Source of the DNA: Octopus sinensis
Taxonomy: Eukaryota
DNA: 64,000 bases
Reading direction: 5' to 3'
Assembly: GCF_006345805.1 (NCBI RefSeq)
Contig: NC_042997.1
Coordinates: 127,224,001 to 127,288,000 of the forward strand
Each line of letters opens with the position of its first letter. Position 1 is the first letter of the stretch. A program made the position numbers and the translations under genes. The notes below the pieces were generated by a model. It searched no databases. It was not told the origin of the DNA and worked only from the letters and a program-made list of their open reading frames with translations. Below, piece by piece: positions 12,870-23,775 of the stretch.

Positions 12870-12888
12870 TCCTATCTATATTTATATA
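12598..12888. repeat. Fold-back palindrome centred on (AT)n
   Basis: agagagatagatagatatatacatattgtcatatacatatatatacacatacacattttcat is mirrored by atgaaaatgtgtatgtgtatatatatgtatatgagaatatgtacatatctatctatctctct. Confidence 0.85.
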
Positions 12889-13117
12889 TGTTTCTATATG
12901 CACGCACATGTGCACACACACAAACATACACACACATACGCACATACACACACACACACACATATACATTTCTTCATGATACATTTATTCAAAGTTTGCA
13001 TGTAAAGGAAGCTTATACAGAGAGAATTAAAACTAAAAATTTAACAACAGAACACAAGGAAATAAACTGAATCAAAACAAAAGCAAGACAAAACAAATAA
13101 AAAAAAAGTACAACAAA

Positions 13118-13153
<36 letters not shown>

Positions 13154-13167
13154 TAATAATAATGATG

Positions 13168-13218
<51 letters not shown>

Positions 13219-13559
13219 TACAACAAGGAAAAACAATAAAAAAACGCACTTGTCATTCATCGTTTGTTCTGAAAATGACACCTAATTGCAAATTATTCTT
13301 TGTTCAGTGTTTTTCTCTCAAGTTTTACTCCATTTCAATATTTCGTTTCAAGACACTTTGTATAATCATTTAGAGAATTTCTTATATTTTTCTACTTCCA
13401 TACTCGCTCAGGCTGCCATCCATCCACATCTTCGGTGCCACTGTACTTGTATGTATGGAATAACATACAGGTCCATAGATGAACACGTATACGAACACAC
13501 GCACGTGCATATGTATAGCTGCACACGTATATATGCGAATATACACTGATATGGACTAG

Positions 13560-13569
13560 TACATGATTA

Positions 13570-13624
<55 letters not shown>

Positions 13625-14365
13625 AATATATATTTATATATGAATATATAATATATATATATATGTAGAGTGAGAGAGAGAGAGAAAGAGAGGGAGAGAG
13701 ATACTCTGAGATCCATTTAGTGATGTATGCACACATATTGTAGTGTGTACATAGAGCCACACATATATATACAGAAACATACATTAATATACACATTCAT
13801 ATGCATTCATATGTATGTATGTATGTATATATGTATGTATGTATGTATGCATGTATGTATGTATGTATGTATGCATGTATGCATGTATATATGTATGTAT
13901 GTATGTATGTTTGTATGTATGAATGAATGTATGTATAAGTGTGTGGGTGTATACATATATATATATATATATACACACATGAATATAATATATATATATA
14001 TATATGTGTGCGTGTTTATGAATATATATATATATATATATATATGCACATACACACACACATATATATATACATATATACATATGTCTATATATATATG
14101 CATGTTTATATATATGCATATATATAATGTGTTTATATAGGTATATATGTAATATGTGCGTGTGGGTGTGTATATATACATATATACATACATGCATACA
14201 TATGTATATGTGTATATATATGTGTGTGTGTGTGTGCATGTATATATATATATATATATATATATAAATATTATCTTTTCTTGTTTATTATTTGCAACAC
14301 TTCTGTATTTTCATATTGCTATTAATCCTATTCTATAAACGTGCAAAGCAAACAACATCAATGGC

Positions 14366-14396
<31 letters not shown>

Positions 14397-14866
14397 GCAA
14401 CAACAACAACAACTAACATCTCATAATTAGTTGTCATAATTATTTCGTTTTTGTCAAGTTCTTTATTCGTTTCATATCACTTTATTGTTACTTCTTCCTA
14501 TCTCATCCTATCACATTCACATGACCATGCTACCACCCAACCACCCAACCTCACAACTACCTATGCCACATCCTCTGTGCCATAAACTAGCAACCACAAA
14601 GCGTGACTGCTTTCATGACTTCAGGTAAGACACAGAGACAAGAGAAATAATGTAGATTTTGCAAGCATTAATGTACATGCTTTTAGACTAAGGAGAGAGA
14701 AGTGTGCATATATGTGTGTATGTATATACACAGATATATATATATATATATATATATAGATATACATATATATTTATGTATATAAATATATGTATGTATG
14801 TGTGTATGTATGTATGTGTCTATGAATGTATGTATGTATATATGTGTGTATCTATCTATTTATCTG

Positions 14867-14911
<45 letters not shown>

Positions 14912-15006
14912 ATATCTATCTATCTATCTATCTATATATCTATATATATATATATATACAACTATATACATATATACATGCACATATATATATGTGTATA
15001 TATATA

Positions 15007-15039
<33 letters not shown>

Positions 15040-15061
15040 GTACACACACACACATATACAT

Positions 15062-15112
<51 letters not shown>

Positions 15113-15135
15113 CATATTTATACACATATGTATAT
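13560..15135. repeat. Compound (TA)/(TATG)/(CA)/(CAA)/(CTAT) microsatellite field
   Basis: Direct reading. A unique island lies at ~14420-14700. Confidence 0.9.
14521..14624 (+). other. Candidate exon (open 34-codon frame ending at a strong donor)
   Basis: ATG at 14521, open to CAG|GTAAGA at 14624/14625, in non-repeat sequence. Confidence 0.25.
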
Positions 15136-15599
15136 TATCTGTTCATACACAACAGAAGCCCCAATACAAATCTGGCAGTAAGTATAATACTACTGCTAGA
15201 TGACACTGGGTGAAATCTGAAGGCGGTCGAGCTTTATGCTATACTCTACTACATTCTTAAAAGAATATAGCTTAGCTAGTATAACTTCTAATTGTTACAT
15301 GTTGCTCCATTTCTTCTCATATCTTATCTGAATATATAAACCACCGTTTACCCTTTAAATTACCAACTACTGTTAACCTTACAGCAAAGCCTATACATAA
15401 TTAGGTAATACACCAGTAGTGGCTATGGATACATTTATCCCTTAGATGGCTGCATAACCTCTAACTCATAATTTTGTGTATAAATAGATTGTTAGACTGC
15501 TCCTCTTATGTTTAGAGCTCAATGTAGGTTTTCACAATCCAGTTTGCTTCCTGTATGGTTGTTAAGTAACGACTACTGATTATTTCGTTTTGGGATTTG

Positions 15600-15965
15600 G
15601 TTTGCAAGATTCTTTATATGAGTTCGTGTGTTGAAGCATATTCTGATGTGTCTGGGGAGAGTCATTTTCTTTTTGTGCCTTATAATGTAACACACTCACT
15701 GGTAAAATTTCCACTTATTTCTTATATTTATTTTCCTAAAGTTTTTGTTGCCTTTTGCAATCTTTTCAATAGTCTTGACTCTATCTTTTCAATAGCTTTG
15801 ACTCTATCTTTTCAATAGTCTTGACTCTATAGAGTCAAGACTATTGAAAAGGTTGCAAGACACAACAAAAATTTTAGGAAAATAAATATAAGAAATAAGT
15901 GGAAATTTTACCGGTGAGTGTGTTACATTATAAGGCACAAAAAGAAAATGACTCTCCCCAGACAC
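15600..15965. mobile_element. PLE-like inverted repeat; palindrome centred at ~15829 with hammerhead-like fold
   Basis: 15647-15785 is the reverse complement of 15830-15965. cttttcaatagtcttgactctat is triplicated at the centre. Confidence 0.75.
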
Positions 15966-16331
15966 AAGAGAACTACTGAGTAGTATTTGCAATTATGAGT
16001 TGCTGAGCAAATGCTGCAAAAATAATGATAAACATAAGTTTATTTCATTTAAAATTTTTAACACTCATCTCTCCAATGTGGTTATTTGGAGCCCCGTGGT
16101 AGAAGTTCCAAATGTGTGTAGATGCTCAAACACAACATATGTATATTATATACAAACATATTTGTTAACATGTATGTCATGTCAACCTATATACTATGGG
16201 AACAGATATATAAGCATATATATGTGTGTGTGTGTGTGTGTGTGAGAGAGAAAACAGTGGGAATCCAAACAATAATGTATCTATCCAATCTCAATGTTCC
16301 TGCAGATTCAAAGGGAAATAATTGATTGCTG

Positions 16332-16887
16332 TTCTATATTGAAGAGATGAGGAATTATGTACATTATTTACACTATTTATATTATTTACATTCGCCATAT
16401 ATTTGTTCTCATCTTGTTTGTTGGTAACACAATGTTTTGGCTGATATACCCTCCAGCCTTCTTCAGGTACCTTGGGGAAATTTCGAACCTGGGTTCTCAT
16501 TCCTAAGATATTTTTTGATGTTATTATTATTATTATTGTCATTGTTCAGGTCACTGCTTGGAATTGAACTCGGAATCTTGGGGTTAGTAGCCCACACTCT
16601 TAACCACTATGCCATATGCTCATGGGCTGTAAGGTGTAGTGGTTAAGAGCGCGGGCTACTAACCCCAAGATTCCGAGTTCGATTCCAAGCAGTGACCTGA
16701 ACAATAACAATAATATTAATAATAATAACATTGAAAAATACCTTAGGAATGAGAACCCAGATTCGAAATTTCCCCAAGACACCTGAAGAAGGCTGGAGGG
16801 TATATCAGCCGAAATGTTAACAATAATCAAGATGAGGACAAATATTCGTCGAATGTAAATAATGTAAATAGTGTAAATAATGTATAT
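16332..16887. mobile_element. Head-to-head inverted dimer of a tRNA-headed element with PLE-type hammerhead tail
   Basis: Arms 16332-16625 (-) and 16631-16887 (+). A box, anticodon-like arm and B box GAGTTCGATTCC, then (AAT)n, then CTGAAGA-A-GGCTG..CAGCC-GAAA. A 10-bp TSD ttgattgctg lies at 16322-16331 and 16888-16897. Confidence 0.85.
16778..16818 (+). ncRNA. Minimal type I hammerhead ribozyme, degenerate copy; second copy at 16425-16472 on minus
   Basis: Consensus of three copies: GACAC-CTGAAGA-A-GGCTG(gagggtatat)CAGCC-GAA-ACGT-T-GTGTT. Confidence 0.7.
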
Positions 16888-16899
16888 TTGATTGCTGCT

Positions 16900-17150
16900 T
16901 TTTTTTTTGTCATTTTAGACCACCTCCATGCTTTAGATAAGTGTTTATAACACATGATTCACCAATGAAAGAGGAATTTGAGACACTAGCATGTTTTGAC
17001 CATATTGTGTGTAACCAGTCTGGATAGTTTTGGCTGAGAAGACACAGAACAGATACATTATTGTTTGGATTTTCACTGTTCTGCATACAACCCATGAATT
17101 ATTATCTGTTTGGCAGACATCAGCTCACATCAGCAAATAATTTGTTTGCT
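16900..17150 (-). mobile_element. Ancient LINE RT-like remnant, homologous to 24060-24360
   Basis: Shares gcagacatcagc..accagcaaa with 24330-24356. The block at 16297 (ttcctgcagattcaaa) matches 24109. An LFAD-like motif is on minus. Confidence 0.4.
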
Positions 17151-17414
17151 GATTCCTATAAACAAAAGCTCATACTCTCAGATTCATTGATCCAGTGGGT
17201 TAGCTTTGACAGGAGAGAAACATAATGAGGTCAAAACACTGTGGTGTCTTGAAGTCCCTCTTCCACCATTTGATACGATGTGTTTATGAACATACACTGT
17301 CCAAAGGGAGGAGGCATTCTCCAATTACAAAAATCAATACCATTTGAATATTTACCTTCAAATCTGCCACAGTGTATTTCAGAATTGAGTGATACATTAA
17401 AGCTATTTATATAT

Positions 17415-17647
17415 ATCTCTTTACTACCCACAAGGGGCTAAACAAAGAGGGGACAAATAAGAACAGACAAATGGATTAAGTCGATTACATCAACCCCAGT
17501 GTGTAACTGGTACTTAATTTATCGACCCCGAAAGGATGAAAGGCAAAATCGATCTCGGCGGAATTTGAACCCAGAACGTAACAGCAGAAGAAATACAACT
17601 ACGCATTTCGCCTGGCATGCTAATGTTTCTGCCAGCTCGCCGCCATC
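17415..17647 (-). mobile_element. SINE family B with ~19-bp TSD
   Basis: TSD attaaagctatttatatat at 17396-17414 and 17648-17666. Confidence 0.9.
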
Positions 17648-17689
17648 ATTAAAGCTATTTATATATAAGAGGTGTGAACATACTTCTAG

Positions 17690-18930
17690 CAGAGAAACAG
17701 GTCAGTAAGGTGATTAAGATAGACAGAATGTGTGATAGGGTACTTAAGTTTAAGCTAGTTTTACAGAGATGCACAGCAACAATCATCTCTGCCAATGCTC
17801 CACCAAGCAGACCTGCCAATGAATAAAAAAAAATCGGTTTATCTTTGTGGTTGAGGATTTTAACAGACATGTTAGGCAGCACCCAGGTACCTTCCATAGA
17901 GTACATGGGGGTGTATGGAATTGGTTCCCAAAATGAGGAGGGAACAAGGCCGCTGGAGTTCTGTGGTATGAATGACCAAATGATCTGCAACATCAAATTC
18001 AGGAAACCGGCCAGTCACCTGATAACCTATACATTCAGTGACCATACCAGCCAGATTGACTACATTCTCATCAAAATGTGTGATTCTTGGTTGTTCATAA
18101 ATGCAAAGACCTTCCCAGGGGGAAGAATGTATCTCTCAGCATAGATTAGTCATTTGTGATTTCAGACTACAGACAAGAAAGATTCCAAGAAGCAAGCCAG
18201 TTAGGAAAAGAAGGATCTGGAAACTTAAGCATCCCCTGAATAGTCATAGATTTAGAGACATCTTAACTGAAGTATTTAAGGAGGAGGAGGAGGGGAGGGG
18301 GAGGATGAGGAGGGGGAGGAGGAGGAGATAAAAACATATAGCATAGAGGATAACTGGAAGTTCCTCTATGGGACAACTTACTGAGAGCCACAAACCAAAA
18401 ATATGAGGCTGGTCCAAAGTCCCAACCAAACCTAGAATGACAGGGTGGGGGAACAGTGTAATTGACATGGCCATTGGAAAAAAGATGTAGGCCTGTAAGG
18501 AGCGGAAGAGTGTTGGTAGCAAATAACTATGGTTAGAAAGGAAGCTAGGAGGCAGGTATATCTAGCCAGGAATGAAGCAGAAAGGAAGAAGTTTGCCAAT
18601 GTTCTGCATCACAAAGACCAGTGGCTTGAGGTGTTTCAGCTTGCAAGACAGGGTGTCAGGGAAAATTGAGATGTTGTTGGAGAGAAGTGCATTTGCATGG
18701 ATAATGGTTCACTTGCAGTTAGTGACTCTGCTAAGAAAGAGGCTTGGAAGTGCCACCATGAAAGGCTACTAAATGTAGAGAACTCATGGGGGAAGGAGAA
18801 TCTGTTGAAAGTCAGATAAAGCCATGAAAGTTATGAAGATGAGGAAAGCCCCTAGCCCATTAGGAATCACTGCTGAGATGCTTAAAAGTTTTGGCAATGT
18901 GGTTTATGGTTTAGTCACCTCTATAAACAA
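17690..18930 (+). mobile_element. RTE-clade LINE fragment (AP endonuclease to start of RT), degraded
   Basis: YGIGSQNEEGTRPLEFC..NIKFRKPASHLITY..SQIDYIL, QHRLVICDF and MKMRKAPSPLGITAEMLK, with stops and frameshifts. Confidence 0.88.
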
Positions 18931-19224
18931 TCTCATCACTGAAATCTCAAATCTGCAAGATAATTCATGAGTAATTGAAAATAATGTGAATAAATAAGCA
19001 TTACATATGAGAAAATAATCTGAATGCTAAAGGCTTAAAGATGGTGAGCTGGCAGAATTGTTAGCATGCTGGACAAAATGCTTAGTGATACTTATTCTGG
19101 TTCTTTACGTTCTGAGTTCAAACATTTAAGGTTGATAAAATAAAAACCAGGTGAGCACTTGGGTTAAGGAAACTGACTAGCTCTTCCTACCAAAATTTCA
19201 GGCCTTGTGCCTATATCAGAAAAT

Positions 19225-19228
19225 ATTA

Positions 19229-19260
<32 letters not shown>

Positions 19261-19322
19261 TTTTTTTTTCTTTCTTCTTCTTCTTCTTCTTCTTCTTCTT
19301 CTTCTTCTTCTTCTTCTTCTCT

Positions 19323-19353
<31 letters not shown>

Positions 19354-19361
19354 TTATATTA

Positions 19362-19400
<39 letters not shown>

Positions 19401-19448
19401 CATAATTATTATTATATTATATTATTATTATTATTATTATTATTATCA

Positions 19449-19534
<86 letters not shown>
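19225..19534. repeat. (TTA)n/(TTC)n microsatellite
   Basis: Direct reading. Confidence 0.95.
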
Positions 19535-20092
19535 GAGTGAGAGAGTAGTGCATGCCATCAAAGTGACACTGGGGTAAAATATACGAAGCCCAGTGTACCC
19601 ATCATGACTACCCATCTGATAAGGGTACACCAGGCATGTGCATCACAACCATATGTGCATGACATGATGATCTCATATCAAGATAAACAGCACATGACCT
19701 TGCAGGGGGGGGGGGCAGTAGGAATTTTCTTCTGGTTGAGTAGCCCATGCCACTCAAAAGGTCCATGAATAAGGGCTGTTTAAGGATGTTGAGCAAAACA
19801 CCCATGTTTCCAGGGTGAATTATTCAAACCCCAAAGAATCCCTCTCAACACATGGCTATGATGCTCCCCGACTACTTCTGCTCATGATCAGAGATGCACA
19901 TATCGTCAGCCACTAAGGGACATGCTCGACTGGTTAAGGTCAAACAACTGACAAGCTAATCTGTGGTATCGAGCAGAATATTTACTGTAACCCATCTTTT
20001 ATACCAAGACAAAACAATGTACATGATAATACTTCCAATCAGTTAAGTTCAGAAACCATGAGAGCAACCTCCAGGCACTGCATCAGGGCATT
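19535..20092 (-). mobile_element. Interspersed ~560-bp non-coding element embedded in (TTA)n; partial copy at 53820-53982
   Basis: tcaaacaactgacaagc.aatctgtggtat.gagca...gcatcagggcattta is shared with 53826-53982. (TTA)n lies on both sides. Confidence 0.7.
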
Positions 20093-20113
20093 TATTATTA
20101 TTATTATTATTAT

Positions 20114-20146
<33 letters not shown>

Positions 20147-20156
20147 AACTACAGTA

Positions 20157-20600
20157 AGGCAGTGAGCTGGCAGAAATGTTAGCACACTGGGTAAAATGCT
20201 TAGCGATATTTTGTTTTACTTTATGTTCTGAGTTCAAATTCTGCCGAAGTTGACTTTGCCTTCATCCTTTTGGGGGTCGATAAATTAAGTACCAGATGCT
20301 TACTGGGGCTGATCTAATCAACTAGCCCCCTCCACCAAGAGTTCAGGCTTTGTGTCTAGTATAGAAAAGATCATTGCTACTACAGTGGTAAGCTGGCAGA
20401 ATTGTTAGGACGTCAGACAAAATGCTCAGCAGTATTTCTTCTGGTTCCTTACATTCTGAGTTCAAATCCCACTGTAGTCAACTTTGCTGTTCATCATTTG
20501 TTTTACCAGTCAAATGATGGAGTTGATGCAATTGACTAACCCCGTTACCCATCAATATTACTGGCCTGGCCTGACCTTGTGCCAAAATATCAAACCATTA
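20157..20600 (+). mobile_element. Two tandem SINE family B copies
   Basis: ggcagtgagctggcagaa.. at 20158 and ggtaagctggcagaa at 20387. Confidence 0.8.
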
Positions 20601-21382
20601 TTATTCCTTTTATTGTCAAATTTCTGTTATTCTTACTCAGCTGTGATTTGTTTTTGTTTTCCATTAATGCTATTTTTCAGAATGGAAATGAAATTTAATT
20701 ATTTTTGAAGGAGGAGATGAGAGCGGTGGGGGGGGGAAGAGGAAGAGGAAGAGGTAAAAGAAGGAATTGAGTTTTCTGTGTCACAATTACAATATGATTA
20801 TTTCCAGCATTGTTTACTGAGTGTCAGTGGTTTTGCGTCTTAACAAACACTTCAGAAGTATTAAAGAGAATGCTTTAGTGAGTAAATTTACAATCGACTA
20901 AATATTAACTAAGAATAATGAAATTAATGAGGCATGCTGGAATAGTTTCTGATATTTAGCAGAAAATGGTATAATTGTCTTGGAAGGAAGCATTTAAAAT
21001 ATATTATGTCCAGTGAATTATTTGTCTAGTGAAGAACTTTTAGATTTAAAAAAAAAAATATTTATTATTATTTTATAGCAAAATAAAACAATTTAAAATT
21101 CAAGGAATTTAGTAATGGTCTATGTCAGCAAGAAAAGCAGTGAAAAAAATTTATAAAATAAGTTAATGATATATATGGCCAATATTTTTGTGTGTTGCTG
21201 TTGATTGAATTGATTCACTTGTCTTATTGATATGTGTTTTTATTTTGTTTAGCTCTCTGATGATGGCAAGTTTGACTCTGGAAGTATCTAATGTAAAAAT
21301 ATTCAATTTATCTTGACTTGGTCTTTTTGGCTGCAACGAATTCTGTTTGTAATCATTTTTCCCGTAAAAGTGTATGGTACAG

Positions 21383-21786
21383 ATGTAGGAGTGGCTGTGT
21401 GGTAAGTAGCTTGCTTACCAACCACATAGTTCCGGTCTCAGTCCCACTGTGTGGCACCTTGGACAAGTGTCTTCTACTATAGCCTCAGGCCGACCAATGA
21501 TTTGTGAGTGGATTTGTTTGACAGAAACTGAAAGAAGCCCGTCGTATATATATATGTATGTGTATAAGTTTGAGTGTCTGTGCTTGTCCCCCCAACATCG
21601 CTTGACAACCGATGCCGGTGTGTTTAGGTCCCCATAACTTAGTGGTTCGGCATAAGAGACTGATAGAATAAGTACTAGGCTTACAAAGAATAAGTCCTGG
21701 GGTCGATTTGCTCGACTAAAGGCGGTGCTCCAGCATGGCCACAGTCAAATGACTAAAACAAGTAAAAGAGTAAAAGAGTAAAGAGA
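21383..21786 (+). mobile_element. SINE family A flanked by a 62-bp direct repeat
   Basis: 21321-21382 matches 21791-21852. Confidence 0.9.
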
Positions 21787-23385
21787 ATTTGTCTTTTTGG
21801 CTGCAAAGATTTCTGTTTGTAATCATTTTTCCTGTAAAAGTGTACAGTACAGCCAGATGTCATACGTTAGTGTTTACACTCAATGCCATGTCCCATGCTT
21901 TTGCTAACTTCTTTAGGTGCCTACGAGCAGACACAGACACCCTTTCAGTTCTCTCGCCCTTGATCCAGTAAAACATTTAGGGTGTGACTGCTGGGGAGAG
22001 AGTGGGCTGGGCTACATTAGCACTTAAATGGTAATCATTACAGCTGAGTAGATATAAACAACTTGAAATGCTTTACCTTTCTCAAGGACACAATACACTG
22101 CCCAGGCTAGGAATTGAACCCACAACCTTATCTATGATCATGAGCTAAATGCCCTAACTTCTAGGCCACACACCTTTACCCTGCAAAATAGTTTCTCTCA
22201 AATAGACCAGATAAGTTAATTAACATACTTATTCTAACAACTACCAGTTGCCCATGAACAATTGCTGGATGGGCATCACAGAAGGCCATTTTTTTATGAT
22301 CCAGGGCATTCTGTGGATGAAAAAACCTCTATACTGGTAACTGCAAAGATTTTATTAAGGAAACAGTTTTCCAGGTACATCCTGACCTCATTGTTTAAAA
22401 CTTGCCCACTGGAGAACTTTTGCAAGATGTTGCCATGCATAGCATTATTTTCCATGAGTTCCCAGAGGGCTTTGCTGAGAAAGAACACTAGCTATGCCAG
22501 CACTGATGAGCTACATGGGGGTACACTAGACTGTACTATCCAGGAGCTGAGTATCATCTCACAAGTTTGAGTTGCCCCATGGGTCCTAGCTCAAATGCTG
22601 GAATTCACTTCTCTTCATGTTTGTTGTTCAATGAATCTCAGATGTTGCAGGCAGAGAACTGGGACCAGAAGAGGCAGGATTCAGAGCAGAAGCAGATGCA
22701 TTGATCAAATATACACCCAGCTGAACATCTCTGAGAAGTGAACAGAATGCAATATAAATTACACAGAGGACACATATGGAATTCCATAACAACTTGCCCT
22801 ACTCACCAAAAGCATTTATGCCAACTTTACATGGAATGTATGAAACAACAATTCCACATCCCCTTCAGGCTAAAAAATATATATAAAAAAAAACATTGAA
22901 TGTAATCATTTTACTCAACAAAAGGTTCCAGAACTTCTATAAAGAAGGAGGAAAATTTAGCAGCTTCACAACTTGATTAGTGAAGTTTTATAGATGATGG
23001 ACATAAGTATATGTCAAGAAAGTTCTCATAAATCCTGTTTTTGTTATTTTTCTATATGTGATTTTGGGTTCTTTTCTCTAACACTTTAAAACTTCCATCT
23101 ACACTTTCCAGAAAATATTAATTTCAAATTTTGGCACAAGGCCAACAATTTCATAGGAGCGAGTAAGTTAATTCTACTGACTCCAGTGTTCAGCTAGTAT
23201 TTATTTTATGAACCCTGAAGGGATGGAAAACAAAGATGACCATGGCAGAATTTGAACTCAGAATGTGAAGATGGATGAAATGCTGTTAAGCATTTTGTCT
23301 GGCATGGTAATGATTCTATCAGTCTTTCCAGAAAAATATTAATTCCTTTTGAGAGGATGTCCAAACAATATTTTACTAGAAGTGT

Positions 23386-23775
23386 GGTGGTGGAAGCACT
23401 CCGTCGGTAACGACAATGAGGGTTCCGGTTGATCCGAATCAACGGAACAGCCTGCTCGTGAAATTAACGTGTAAGTGGATGAGCACTCCACAGACACGTG
23501 CACCCTTAATGTAGTTCTCGGGGATATTCAGCGTGACACAGAGAGTGACAAGGCCGGTCCCTTGAAATACAGGTACAACAGAAACAGGAAGAAAGAGTGA
23601 GAGAAAGTTGTGGTGAAAGAGTACAGCAGGGTTCACCACCATCCCCTGCCGGAGCCTCGTGGAGCTTTAAGTGTTTTCGCTCAATAAACACTCACAACAC
23701 CCGGTCTGGGAATCGAAACTGCGATCCTATGACCGCGAGTGAGCTGCCCTAACCACTGGGCCATTGCGCCTCCAC
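23386..23775 (-). mobile_element. SINE family C (body X + tail 2), 11-bp TSD
   Basis: TSD actagaagtgt at 23375-23385 and 23776-23786. Head gtggaggcgcaatggcccagtggttaggg; B box gtttcgattccc. Confidence 0.92.

Noticed and set aside
16631-16695. tRNA gene with ACT anticodon
   Set aside because: There is no paired acceptor stem. It is the head of the repeat element.
21255-21290. CTGATGA motif
   Set aside because: No downstream GAAA or stem II.
22230-22800. 102-aa ORF as a host gene
   Set aside because: No recognisable domain or splice signals. It looks like very old LINE debris.
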